Shown: positions 19,321 through 29,123 of the stretch, piece after piece
Layout: every line of letters starts with the position of its first letter
How positions within the stretch are numbered: position 1 is the stretch's first letter
Assembly: GCA_963764715.1 (NCBI GenBank)
Contig: CAVXTP010000026.1
Location: 1-64,000 of the forward strand
Source of the DNA: an uncultured Acidobacteriota bacterium
GTDB taxonomy: Bacteria > Acidobacteriota > Thermoanaerobaculia > UBA5066 > Gp7-AA6
DNA: 64,000 nucleotides
Direction of reading: 5' to 3'
Notes under the pieces: generated by a model
What the model saw: the letters and a program-made list of their open reading frames with translations, nothing else
What the model was told of the DNA's origin: nothing
Database searches by the model: none
Made by a program: the position numbers and the translations under genes

Positions 19321-19808
19321 GGCGCGGCCTCTTCGTCTCCGGACGGGCCGTACGTCGCCGGAACCTTGCCGCCCATCGGGCGGACGTAGGTCGAGAGCTG
19401 CCCGCGGTGGTGCACGAGGTCGAAGAGGATCCACCAGCAGTGATCGCGCACCGGCCCGGCGAACACGACCTGGCCGCCCGCGCGAAACTCCGCCGGCGCG
19501 GCCCACTTCGCGTCGTCCAGCTTCTCCACGGCCGCCGAGAGGCGCGCCGCCGCCTTCTCCCAGGCCGCCACGAGCTCGGGGCCCGACACCTTCCCCGAAG
19601 TGCCCTCCGCCCATTCGAGCGACCCCCGTTCGATGATGTCCGCGAGACCGTCGGTCTCCCGGGCCATGCCGAGGGCGATCCGGCCGGCGGAGCCCGAGCG
19701 CTCGTGGGGGCGATAGTCGAGCCGGTCGGCGGGCAACGCCTTGATCATCCTCGCGAAGAGAAGCCGTTCGGTCTTCCAGCGCTGCTGAAAAAACTCGCGG
19801 TCGTTCAT
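19317..19808 (-). CDS. DinB family protein
   Basis: DYRPHERS, HHRGQLSTYVRPMGGKVP.YGPS. Confidence 0.88.
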   Translation of the reverse strand: MNDREFFQQRWKTERLLFARMIKALPADRLDYRPHERSGSAGRIALGMARETDGLADIIERGSLEWAEGTSGKVSGPELVAAWEKAAARLSAAVEKLDDAKWAAPAEFRAGGQVVFAGPVRDHCWWILFDLVHHRGQLSTYVRPMGGKVPATYGPSGDEEAAP

Positions 19809-19863
19809 GCCGTCAATATATATGCCTGCAATTCCGGAGCGGTTCGGCACGTTCTGGCAGTTC

Positions 19864-21957
19864 GTGATCGGCCGATCGCTCGCGGCCGCGCTGGCCCTCG
19901 CGGCGCTCGCCGCCGCCGGGACCGGGGCGGAAACCGGCGCCTGGGTCTCGTACGGGCCTCCGGGCGCCAGCGTTTACTGCATCGTCCCCGCGCCCTCCAG
20001 CCCCTCGACGGTGTACGTCGGGACCGGGCGCGGCGTCTGGCGGGGGCAGCGCGGAGGCTCGATCTGGGAGCCGGCGAGCGGCGGCCTTCCCGCCGACCGG
20101 ATCCAGGCGATCGCCGTCGATCCGACCGACGCCGATACGCTCTACGCCGGGACTGTCACGCCGTCCGACGGATCGCCGAGCGACGGGATCTTCAAGTCGC
20201 AGGACGGCGGCGCATCCTGGAGCGAGGCCAACGACGGCCTCTTCGATCCGTTCTCGGGCATCGGGCCCCTCGACGTCGCCGCGCTCTCGATCGACCCGAC
20301 CAACCCGCAGGTCATCCTGGCGGGGACGCGCTTCTCCGAAATCTTTCGAAGCACCGACGGCGGCGGGAGCTGGACGTCGCAGACCCTGGGCGGCGCCGGC
20401 CTCGCGCTCGAGACGACCGCGTTCGCCCGCGACCCGGGCAACCCGCAGCGCGTCTACGCCGCCTCGAGCCGGGGCCTGCTGCTCTCGCTCGACGGCGGCG
20501 AAAGCTGGGGCTTCTTCGGCAACGCGGGGATCTCGTTCTTCTCCATCGCCGTCGACCCCGCCGCGCCCTCGACCCTCTATGCCGGAAACGTGACCGGCTT
20601 CGGCGTCGGCAGGAGCACCGACGGCGGAGCAACCTGGTCGGAGGCCAACGGCAACCTGCCCCACAACACCGTCGGGAGCACCTCCGTCTTCCCGGCCATC
20701 CGCGCCGTGGCCGTCGATCCCACCGGCGCCGCCGTCTACCTGACGACGCAGAGCAACGGCGTCTTCAAGAGCACCGACGGCGGCGGAAGCTGGACCGCCG
20801 TCGACTCCGGCTTGAACGAGCTCTTCCTGCAGTCCCTCGCGTTTCTGCCGGGCTCCCCGGCGACGATCCTCGCCGGCGGAAACGGCGGCGGCGTCTACCG
20901 CAGCACGGACGGCGCGAGCTCCTGGACCGCCTCCTCCTTCGGACTCGACGAGGCCCTCGTTTCGACGGTCGTCGCCAACCCCGGCGTCGCGGGGAGGGTG
21001 TATGCCGCGGCGTTCGACGGCGTCTCTTCGAGCTCCAACGCGGCCGTCTCCTGGAGCCGCGCGAGCGGAGGCCTGCCGCCGGAACCCGTCGCCTCGCTCG
21101 CCCTGCGCTTCGTCGTCAGCCTCGTGCCGGGGGACGAGGAGACGCTCTTCGCGGGCACGCTCGGCGCGGGCCTCCGGGCGAGCACCGACGGCGGGGCGAG
21201 CTGGAGCGCGAGCGGCTCGGGCCTCGCCGACGACTACGTCTCCGCGGTCACGGTCGATCCGACCAACGCGATGACGCTCTACGCCGGCACCGACCATCCC
21301 TTCGACGGGAGCACCCCGCAGCGCGTCTACAAGAGCACCGACGCCGGAGCGACGTGGCGGTCGACCGGCCTCGACGCGGGCGCCTTCTCGATCGACGTGA
21401 TCGCCGTCGACCCCGACGACGGCTCGCGCGTCGGCGCGGTCAGCCGCGGCGCGGCCGGCTATTTCCAGAGCCCCGACGGCGGCGCATCCTGGACGGCCGT
21501 CACGCCCGCGACGGGCTCCGGCTGTGGCGGGATCCTCACGATCGGCTACGCCAAAGGGACCGACGGCATCCTGCTCGGCGTGAGCAACGGCGTCTGCCGC
21601 TCGACCGACGGCGGAGCCACGTGGACCCGCCACGGCGTGGCGACGCTCGGCTCGGTGTACGACCTCCTGTTCGATCCGGCGAACCCTTCGATCGTCTACG
21701 CGGCCGTGTCGCCGTCGGTCTCGGGAGGGACCGGCGGGGTCTTCGAAAGCACGGACGGCGGCGACACCTGGGCGGCCGTCGGGACCGGCCTTTCGACTTT
21801 CCCGGTGCGCTCGCTCGCCCTCGACGCCTCCGGGCGGACCCTCTACGCCGGCATCTCCCGGGGCGGCGTCGCGGTCCTCGCCCTCGACGGGCCCGAGCGC
21901 ACCGCGCCGCAGCCCCCGCCCCCGGACCACCCCACGCGCGAACTGCCTCCGCGCTGA
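19864..21957 (+). CDS. Secreted BNR/Asp-box repeat beta-propeller protein
   Basis: Many (R/K)STDGG.(S/T)W boxes and AVDP...TLYAG repeats; signal peptide after GTG 19864. Confidence 0.88.
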   Translation: MIGRSLAAALALAALAAAGTGAETGAWVSYGPPGASVYCIVPAPSSPSTVYVGTGRGVWRGQRGGSIWEPASGGLPADRIQAIAVDPTDADTLYAGTVTPSDGSPSDGIFKSQDGGASWSEANDGLFDPFSGIGPLDVAALSIDPTNPQVILAGTRFSEIFRSTDGGGSWTSQTLGGAGLALETTAFARDPGNPQRVYAASSRGLLLSLDGGESWGFFGNAGISFFSIAVDPAAPSTLYAGNVTGFGVGRSTDGGATWSEANGNLPHNTVGSTSVFPAIRAVAVDPTGAAVYLTTQSNGVFKSTDGGGSWTAVDSGLNELFLQSLAFLPGSPATILAGGNGGGVYRSTDGASSWTASSFGLDEALVSTVVANPGVAGRVYAAAFDGVSSSSNAAVSWSRASGGLPPEPVASLALRFVVSLVPGDEETLFAGTLGAGLRASTDGGASWSASGSGLADDYVSAVTVDPTNAMTLYAGTDHPFDGSTPQRVYKSTDAGATWRSTGLDAGAFSIDVIAVDPDDGSRVGAVSRGAAGYFQSPDGGASWTAVTPATGSGCGGILTIGYAKGTDGILLGVSNGVCRSTDGGATWTRHGVATLGSVYDLLFDPANPSIVYAAVSPSVSGGTGGVFESTDGGDTWAAVGTGLSTFPVRSLALDASGRTLYAGISRGGVAVLALDGPERTAPQPPPPDHPTRELPPR

Positions 21958-22050
21958 GCGGACCCTTCTGGAATATCCTCCGGCCCCGAATTGCTGGACG
22001 TTCGTCGTTTTCTCGAACGGCGAATCGCTGTGACAAAAGGATACAGAGCC

Positions 22051-24213
22051 ATGACGCCACGCCGCTCCGGTTTCTACGCCCTGCTCGCCGCCTTCTTCTT
22101 CATCTGCGCCGCGGCCGTGCCGCAGACGGCCCCCGCCCCGGTGCCGGACCCGAACCCGCTCATGGCGCGCAGCGTGCTGCCCTTCCAGGCGCCCCCCTTC
22201 GACCGCATCAAGGACACCGACTATCAGCCGGCGATCGAGGCGGGCATGAAGGAACAGCTCGCGGAGATCGCCCGGATCGCCGACGACCCCGCGCCGCCGA
22301 CGTTCGCGAACACCATCGAGGCGATGGAGCGCTCCGGCGAGCTCCTCTCGCGGGCCTCCAAGGTCTTCTCCAACGTCGACGAAGCCAACACGAACGACAC
22401 CCTCCAGAAGGCCAAGGCGGCGCTCGCGCCGAAGCTCTCGGCCCACAACGACGCGATCTACCTCAACCCGAAGCTCTATGCCCGCGTCCAGGCCGTCTTC
22501 GACGGGCGCGATTCCCTCGGCCTCGCCCCGGAGGCGAAGTACCTCGTCGAGCGGTACCGCCTCGCCTTCGTCCGCTCCGGCGCCGCGCTGAAGCCCGCCG
22601 ACCAGGCCGCGCTGATGAAGATCAACGCCGAGATCGCGGACCTCAGCACGAAGTTCCAGCAGAAGCTCTTCGCCGACACCAACGCCTCGGCCGTCGTGGT
22701 CGAGAAGAAGGCCGAGCTCGCGGGCCTCTCCGAGGGCGACCTCGCCTCGGCCGCGGCGGCGGCGAAGGACAAGAAGCTCTCGAACCGTTGGGTGCTCCCG
22801 CTCCGAAACACCACGCAGCAGCCCTCGCTCGGCTCGCTCGAGGACCGGGCCCTGCGCGAGAGGATCCTCCGGGCGTCGATCGCCCGCGGCGACCACGGCG
22901 GCGCCAACGACACCAAGGACGTCGTGCTCCGCCTCGCCGGGCTGCGGGCGGAGAAGGCGAAGCTCCTCGGGTTCCCCGACTACGCCAGCTACGTCCTCGA
23001 CGACCAGATGGCGAAGACGCCGGCCGACGCCGAGAAGCTGATGAACGGCCTCGTTCCCGCGGCGACGGCGAAGGCGCGCGGCGAGGCCGCGGAGATCCAG
23101 AAGCAGATCGACGCCGCGAAGGGCGGCTTCGCGCTGACCGCGGCCGACTGGGACTACTACGCCGAGAAGGTCCGCAAGGCCGCCTACGACTTCGACGAGT
23201 CGCAGGTGCGGCCGTACTTCGACCTCGACCGGGTGCTCCAGGACGGCGTCTTCTTCGCGGCCAACGCCATGTACGGGATCACGTTCAAGCAGCGCAAGGA
23301 CATCCCCGTCTACCATCCCGACGTCCGCGTGTGGGAGGTCTTCGACGCCGACGGGAGCTCCCTCGCCCTCTACTACGGCGACTATTTCGCGCGCCCTTCC
23401 AAGCGCGGAGGCGCGTGGTGCGACAGCTTCGTCGACCAGAGCCGGCTGCTCGGCTGGAAGCCCGCGATCACGAACAACACCAACTTCACCAAGCCGGCCG
23501 CGGGCGAGCCGGCCCTCATCTCCTCGACCGACGTCGACACGCTCTTCCACGAGTTCGGGCACGCCCTCCACGGCATGTTCCAGAACGTCGAGTACCCGAC
23601 CCTCGGCAACACGCCCCGGGACTTCGTCGAGTTCCCCTCCCAGTTCAACGAGCACTGGGCCTGGGAGCCGGCCGTCTTCGCCCACTACGCGAAGCACTGG
23701 AAGACGGGCGAGCCGATGCCGGCGCCGCTCGTCGAGAAGATCAAAAAGACCCGGACCTTCAACCAGGGTTACCTCACCACGGAGTACCTGGCGTCGGCCC
23801 TCCTCGACATGGCGTGGCACTCGGTGCCCGCCGGCGCGACGCCGCAGGACGTCAACGCCTTCGAGAAGGCCACGCTCGAGCGCCTGAAGGTGGCGCTCCC
23901 CGAGGTGCCGCCCCGCTACCGCACGACGTACTTCTCCCACATCTGGTCCTCGAGCTACGCGGCGGGCTACTACGCGTACCTCTGGTCGGAGGTCCTCGAC
24001 GACGACGCGTATTACTGGTTCCGGGAAAACGGCGGGATGACGCGCGCCAACGGGGACCGGTTCCGCAAGCTGATCCTCTCGCGTGGCGGCAGCGAAGACG
24101 CGGCCGCGATGTACCGCGCGTTCCGGGGCCGCGATCCCGAGGTCGCGCCGCTCATCGAGGAGCGCGGGCTGGGCGGCTCGGGACGGCCGGCCGGGGTGAA
24201 GGCGAAGCCCTAG
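22051..24213 (+). CDS. dcp: M3 metallopeptidase, peptidyl-dipeptidase Dcp-like
   Basis: APPFDRI, KRGGAW, FHEFGHALH, DFVEFPSQ, YAAGYYAYLWSE. Confidence 0.93.
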   Translation: MTPRRSGFYALLAAFFFICAAAVPQTAPAPVPDPNPLMARSVLPFQAPPFDRIKDTDYQPAIEAGMKEQLAEIARIADDPAPPTFANTIEAMERSGELLSRASKVFSNVDEANTNDTLQKAKAALAPKLSAHNDAIYLNPKLYARVQAVFDGRDSLGLAPEAKYLVERYRLAFVRSGAALKPADQAALMKINAEIADLSTKFQQKLFADTNASAVVVEKKAELAGLSEGDLASAAAAAKDKKLSNRWVLPLRNTTQQPSLGSLEDRALRERILRASIARGDHGGANDTKDVVLRLAGLRAEKAKLLGFPDYASYVLDDQMAKTPADAEKLMNGLVPAATAKARGEAAEIQKQIDAAKGGFALTAADWDYYAEKVRKAAYDFDESQVRPYFDLDRVLQDGVFFAANAMYGITFKQRKDIPVYHPDVRVWEVFDADGSSLALYYGDYFARPSKRGGAWCDSFVDQSRLLGWKPAITNNTNFTKPAAGEPALISSTDVDTLFHEFGHALHGMFQNVEYPTLGNTPRDFVEFPSQFNEHWAWEPAVFAHYAKHWKTGEPMPAPLVEKIKKTRTFNQGYLTTEYLASALLDMAWHSVPAGATPQDVNAFEKATLERLKVALPEVPPRYRTTYFSHIWSSSYAAGYYAYLWSEVLDDDAYYWFRENGGMTRANGDRFRKLILSRGGSEDAAAMYRAFRGRDPEVAPLIEERGLGGSGRPAGVKAKP

Positions 24214-24322
24214 GGAGCCGGGCGAGCCCGGCCCGGCCGGCCGGAGCCGCAAAACACTGGCCGGGGCCGCGCGTATCAGACTCCGGTGCCGCCGGCGCCC
24301 GTGCGGCCCCGGAGGAGAGATC

Positions 24323-25468
24323 ATGTCCCGACGCTCCCGCCTCGGCTCCCTGCTCGTCGCTTCGGCCCTCGCCGCCCCGGCCGCCCTCTTCGGCGCCCAG
24401 GGCCTGACCTTTCCGCCCAACGGCGACAACCCCCAGGCCTCGGTCATGCAGACGATCGGTCCCGTTCGCGTCACGATCGACTACTCGAGCCCGAGGGTCG
24501 TGCGCGGGAAGAACGACCGGCGCGGAAAGATCTGGGGCGATCTCGTTCCCTGGGGAATGTCGGACCTCGGCTTCAACGGCTGCACGAGCTGTCCCTGGCG
24601 CGGCGGCGCCAACGAGAACACCAACTTCACGACGACCCACGAAGTCCGCGTTCAGGGCCAGAAGCTCCCGGCCGGGACCTACGGCCTGCATTTCATCCCG
24701 GGCCAGGACGAGTGGACCGTGATCTTCTCGAAGGACGCGGCTTCCTGGGGAAGTTACTGGTACGACCCCAGGAACGACGCGCTGCGCGTCACGACCAAGG
24801 CCGGCAAGAGCGAGTATCACGAGTGGCTGACCTACGAGTTCCCGACCCGCGAGCCGTCGAAGGCGACGCTGGCTCTGCGCTGGGAGGACCTCCAGGTGCC
24901 GCTGACGATCGAGGTCGAGGACGTCAACGCCCTCTGGGCCGACCAGATGCGGACGGACCTGCGCGGCTGGGCCGGCTTCGCCTGGCAGAGCTGGCAGCAG
25001 GCCGCGGAGTTCTGCGCCGACAACAAGGTCAATCTGCCCGAGGCGCTCGTCTGGGCGCAGCGCGCGGTCTCGGACCCGTATTCCGGCGGAGAGGAGAATT
25101 TCGTCACGCTGATGACCCTCTCGAAGCTGCAGGCCGCCAACGGCCGGGCGGACGACGCGGCGAAGACCTTCGACAGGGCGGTCAGCCATCGCACCGCCGG
25201 CCCGGTGCAGATCCACCAGGCCGCCCGCGCCCTCCAGCGCGAGGGAAAGAAGGACCAGGCAGTCAAGCTCTACCAGTTGAACGCGAAGCGGTATCCGAAC
25301 GAGTGGCCCGTCCGCTCCGGGTTGATGCGCGCCTACGCGGCGACGGGCGACACGAAGAAGGCGCTCGCCGAGGCGAAGCTCGCGCTGGCCCAGGCCCCGG
25401 ACGACGCCAACAAGAAGAACCTCCAGGGCCTCATCCAGAAGCTCGAGAAGGGCGAGAGCATCGATTAG
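24323..25468 (+). CDS. DUF2911 domain protein with C-terminal TPR-like region
   Basis: IDYSSP, IWGDLVPWG, WRGGANE, LPAGTY, EWTVIF. Confidence 0.88.
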   Translation: MSRRSRLGSLLVASALAAPAALFGAQGLTFPPNGDNPQASVMQTIGPVRVTIDYSSPRVVRGKNDRRGKIWGDLVPWGMSDLGFNGCTSCPWRGGANENTNFTTTHEVRVQGQKLPAGTYGLHFIPGQDEWTVIFSKDAASWGSYWYDPRNDALRVTTKAGKSEYHEWLTYEFPTREPSKATLALRWEDLQVPLTIEVEDVNALWADQMRTDLRGWAGFAWQSWQQAAEFCADNKVNLPEALVWAQRAVSDPYSGGEENFVTLMTLSKLQAANGRADDAAKTFDRAVSHRTAGPVQIHQAARALQREGKKDQAVKLYQLNAKRYPNEWPVRSGLMRAYAATGDTKKALAEAKLALAQAPDDANKKNLQGLIQKLEKGESID

Positions 25469-25538
25469 GCCGGGGCGTGACCGATCCCGGTTCCCGACGG
25501 AGGCCGCGTGAAGTAGTCTCGGGGAGACAGGAGGATCG

Positions 25539-25964
25539 ATGAAACGTCAAGCGACGGCCCAGTGGCGGGGAGATCTGAAGACGGGCAAGGGCACGCTCTC
25601 GACGGAGAGCGGCGTTCTTTCGGAGAGCCGCTACTCCTTCACGACCCGCTTCGAGAACGAAAAAGGCACCAACCCGGAGGAGCTCGTCGCGGCGGCGCAC
25701 GCCGGCTGCTTCACCATGGCCCTCTCGGCCGAGCTCGGCAAGGCCAACCTGACGGCGGAGAGCCTGCGGACGACGGCGACCGTGACGCTCGAGAAGGGCG
25801 ACTCGGGGTTCTCCGTCACCGCGTCGCACCTCGAGCTGACCGCGAAGGTCCCGGGCGCTTCGCAGGAAGCCTTCATGGCCGCGGCCCGGAGCGCCGAGGC
25901 CAACTGCCCGATCTCCAAGCTCCTGAAGGCGAAGATCACGCTCGACGCGAAGCTGGAGCCGTAG
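25539..25964 (+). CDS. osmC: OsmC peroxiredoxin
   Basis: [26 protein letters not shown]. Confidence 0.95.
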   Translation: MKRQATAQWRGDLKTGKGTLSTESGVLSESRYSFTTRFENEKGTNPEELVAAAHAGCFTMALSAELGKANLTAESLRTTATVTLEKGDSGFSVTASHLELTAKVPGASQEAFMAAARSAEANCPISKLLKAKITLDAKLEP

Positions 25965-26148
25965 GGAGCCTGACCGCGGCCCATGGTCGCCGCCTGGCAG
26001 GCGGTCGCCTGGCCTATCCCAAGGGCATCGGGCCCGCGCTCCACTCACGACGCGGCGGGATCGTCGCTTCGGCTCGCGGCATCCAAGTTTTCGACGTCTC
26101 GGGCCGCCCGATAACATTTGGAGGATCGGTACGTAACGAGGAAACGAA

Positions 26149-27015
26149 GTGAAGGCCCGCCTCCTGCTCGGTCTGGCCGCGTTCGCGCTGGCGGCGGCGC
26201 TCCGCGCCGGCGTCGAGCCGTGGGTCCCGGCGGGGGTCTCGAGCCCGCAGTTCGAGTCCCACGCGGCGTTCGACCCGCTCACGGGCGACTTCTACTTCGT
26301 GCGCAGCTCCCCCAGCTTCGAGGGCTGGCGGATCTTCGTCAGCCGCTGCGGGCCAAAGGGCTGGTCGGCGCCGGCGCCGCCGGCGTTCGCGGGCGACGGC
26401 CTCGAGGCCGACCCGTACTTCACGGCGGACGGCCGCACCCTGTACTTCATCTCCTCCCGCTCGACCGACGGCGTCAAGCGAAAGGACCTCGACATCTGGC
26501 GGGTCGACCGGGACTCCGCCGGCGTCTGGGGCGTGCCGGTCCGGCTGCCCGAGCCGGTCAACTCCACCGGGGCCGAGTGGTTCCCGCGGCCGGCACCGGA
26601 CGGCTGGCTCTACTTCGGCTCGAAGCGCCCGGGCGGCCTCGGCGGCAACGACATCTGGCGGGCACGTCAGGAAAGCGGCGGCCGCTGGGTCGTCGAGAAC
26701 CTGGGCCCCGGGATCAACACCTCCGCCGACGAGTTCGAGCCGCTCCCATCTCCGGACGGCTCGCGGTTGATCATCATGGCCGACGGCGGCCTCTACGAGT
26801 CGAAGCGGACGAAGGACGGCGGCTGGGCGCCCAGGGTCAAGCTGCCGCCGGAGGTCAACGTGAACGGCACGGAGATCGGCGCCGTCTTCTCCCCGAGCGG
26901 CCGGACGCTCCTCTTCGCGCGCGACACCCGCGGCCCCGCCTCGGGCGAGTTCTTCGTCCTCCGCGAGGGCCCCGCCGAGCCCTGGCCCCCGACCTGCCCG
27001 TCCCCGAAAAAATAA
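26149..27015 (+). CDS. Secreted PD40/TolB-like beta-propeller protein
   Basis: DPYFTADGRTLYF, SKRPGGLGGNDIW, NLGPGINT, FSPSGRTL. Confidence 0.85.
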   Translation: MKARLLLGLAAFALAAALRAGVEPWVPAGVSSPQFESHAAFDPLTGDFYFVRSSPSFEGWRIFVSRCGPKGWSAPAPPAFAGDGLEADPYFTADGRTLYFISSRSTDGVKRKDLDIWRVDRDSAGVWGVPVRLPEPVNSTGAEWFPRPAPDGWLYFGSKRPGGLGGNDIWRARQESGGRWVVENLGPGINTSADEFEPLPSPDGSRLIIMADGGLYESKRTKDGGWAPRVKLPPEVNVNGTEIGAVFSPSGRTLLFARDTRGPASGEFFVLREGPAEPWPPTCPSPKK

Positions 27016-27061
27016 ATCGGCTCCGCCGGCGGAAAAAAGGCGGTCTCGCGACAATAAGTAA

Positions 27062-27141
27062 GTAGGTGCGGGAAGGCCCCCTCACCTGCCCCCGCTTCCT
27101 CCGCGACCCGGAGGGGGCGGGGTTCCCCTCCCCGCGCCTAC
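27062..27141. repeat. Degenerate GTAG...CTAC REP-like doublet between convergent genes
   Basis: GTAGGTGCGGGAAGG ... CCTCCCCGCGCCTAC. Confidence 0.5.
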
Positions 27142-29000
27142 CAGCCGATCCCGTAGTCCTCGCCGTAGTCGCTCGATCCTCCCCACATCGTGCCGTGCTC
27201 GCGGTCGAAGAAGATGGCGTTGATCGGCCCGGAGGTCTTCGCCTCGGTCCGGATCGCGTAGCCCATGCTCTTGAGCTCGGCCCGCACCCAGGCCGGGACC
27301 GCCTCGTTGATCGTCAGCCGGCCGGGCCGCGACTCGTGCGCTCCGAACGAGCTCCGCATCTGGAAGCTTTCGATGTTCGGCGCCTCGACCGCCTCCTGGA
27401 CGTTCATTCCGAACTCGACGACGTTCAGAAAGAACTGCAGCAGGTTCTGGTCCTGCGAGTCGCCTCCCTGCACGGCGAACGCGAGGTAGGGCTTTCCGTC
27501 CTTCAGGGCCATCCCCGGAGTCAGCGTCACGCGCGGCCGCTTGCCGGGCTCGAGCACGTTGTACGGGTTCTCGGCCGGATCGAGGACGAAGCTCTGCATG
27601 CGCTGGCTCATCCCGATCCCCGTCCGTCCCGCGATGCAGACCGGGTTCCAGCCGCCCGACGGTGTCACCGACACGACCCAGCCCTCCTCGTCGGCCGCCT
27701 CGATCGAGGTCGTGCCGGCGTGGAACCCCTCCTCGAACGCACGGGCCCGGGCCGAGCGATCGGCCGCGGCGCCGGGCTTGCCGGTCGAATCGTTCCGCCA
27801 TTTCGCGAGGTCCTCGAGGTACGGATTCTTCTCGCCCTGGAACGGGTACGGGTCGCCCGGCTTCGCGGCGGCGTCGTTGCGGGTCCAGTCGATCCCGCGC
27901 GCGCGCTCCGCCGCGTACGGCTTCGACAGGAGGCCGCGCCGCGGCTCGGCGGGCGGGAAGTCCGGGTCGCCGTAGTAGAAGTCGCGGTCGGCAAAGGCGA
28001 GGTTCATGACCTGGTAGAGCGCGTGGATGTAGCGCGCGCTGTTGTACCCCATCGCGCGCAGGTCCATCGGCTCGAGGAGGTTCAGCGCCTGGAGCATCGC
28101 GGGCCCCTGCGTCCAGGCGTCGAGCTTGTAGACGTCGATTCCTCGGTAGTTGGTCCGGACCGGCTCCTCGAACCGCGGCTTCCACCGCGCGAGGTCCTCG
28201 AGAGTGATGAGCCCGCCCTGCTCCCGCGCGCCGCGCACGAACTCCGCGGCGATGTCGCCGCGGTAGAAGCGGTCGTAGGCCGCGAGGATGGCGTCGCGGC
28301 GGCTGCGGCCCGCGGCGAGGGCGGCCGATTCCGTCTCGACGAGCTTCGAAAGGGTCGCGTGAAGGTCCGGCTGGCGGAACATCTCTCCCGCCCGCGGGGC
28401 CTCGCGCGCCTCGCCGGGGTGCGTCAGGAAGAGCTTCTTCGAGTATGGCCACTCGGCGATCCGCGCCTTCTCGCGCTCGATTCCGTCGGCGAGCTGGCCT
28501 TCGATCGGGTAGCCCTCCGCCATCTGGAGCGCCGGGGCGAGGACCTGCGCGAGGGAGAGCTTTCCGTACTCCGCGAGCATGAGCATGAGGCCGCCGGGCG
28601 TTCCGGGCGTGACCGCGGCGAGCGGTCCGTACTCGGGCGGATAGGCCATGCCGCGGCCCCGGAAAAACGCCGGCGTCGCTCCGGTCGGGGCGACGCCGAG
28701 GGCGTTGACCGCGACGACCTTGCCGCTCCGGGGGTCGAAGATCAGCGCCTGGGTCTCGCCGCCCCAGGCGAGCGTGTCGAACATGGTCGTCGTGGCGGCG
28801 AGCATCGCGCAGGCGGCGTCGACCGCGTTGCCGCCCTTCTGGAAGGTCATCGCGCCGGCCGTCGCCGCGAGGGGCTTGCCGGTGATGGCGAGCCAGTGCT
28901 TCCCGTGGAGCACCGGCTTGTTCGTGGCGGTCCGTCCCGCTCCCGCGAGGACGACGAAGCCCGCCAGGCCCGCTGCCAGAACGCGACGCCGCAGGGACAT
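27138..29000 (-). CDS. ggt: Gamma-glutamyltransferase family protein
   Basis: GGNAVDAA, GTTSI nucleophile Thr, PGKRPRVTLTP, GGDSQDQ. Confidence 0.92.
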   Translation of the reverse strand: MSLRRRVLAAGLAGFVVLAGAGRTATNKPVLHGKHWLAITGKPLAATAGAMTFQKGGNAVDAACAMLAATTTMFDTLAWGGETQALIFDPRSGKVVAVNALGVAPTGATPAFFRGRGMAYPPEYGPLAAVTPGTPGGLMLMLAEYGKLSLAQVLAPALQMAEGYPIEGQLADGIEREKARIAEWPYSKKLFLTHPGEAREAPRAGEMFRQPDLHATLSKLVETESAALAAGRSRRDAILAAYDRFYRGDIAAEFVRGAREQGGLITLEDLARWKPRFEEPVRTNYRGIDVYKLDAWTQGPAMLQALNLLEPMDLRAMGYNSARYIHALYQVMNLAFADRDFYYGDPDFPPAEPRRGLLSKPYAAERARGIDWTRNDAAAKPGDPYPFQGEKNPYLEDLAKWRNDSTGKPGAAADRSARARAFEEGFHAGTTSIEAADEEGWVVSVTPSGGWNPVCIAGRTGIGMSQRMQSFVLDPAENPYNVLEPGKRPRVTLTPGMALKDGKPYLAFAVQGGDSQDQNLLQFFLNVVEFGMNVQEAVEAPNIESFQMRSSFGAHESRPGRLTINEAVPAWVRAELKSMGYAIRTEAKTSGPINAIFFDREHGTMWGGSSDYGEDYGIGW

Positions 29001-29060
29001 CGGATCCTCCCGCTTTCCTGGGAGGATATCCGTGTCGCGGCCGGCGCTTTGGGGCGCTTT

Positions 29061-29117
29061 GGGGCCAGCCCTGAAAAACTGAATTTTCGAATACTTCAGA
29101 ACTTCAGGGCTGACCCC
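29061..29117. repeat. Inverted-repeat element of GGGG(T/C)CAG...CTGACCCC type
   Basis: GGGGCCAGCCCTGAA ... TTCAGGGCTGACCCC. Confidence 0.65.
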
Positions 29118-29123
29118 AGGCTG

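Noticed and set aside
19845-19860. Sigma54-like GGCAC...GGCA
   Set aside because: GG-to-GC spacing is 9 nt, not the required 10
19864-21957. Recurring AGCACCGACGGCGG as a DNA repeat array
   Set aside because: Explained by protein Asp-box repeats (STDGG)
19407-24474. 1666-aa (+) and 1553-aa (-) ORFs
   Set aside because: Off-frame or antisense to the BNR protein and dcp; expected at this GC content
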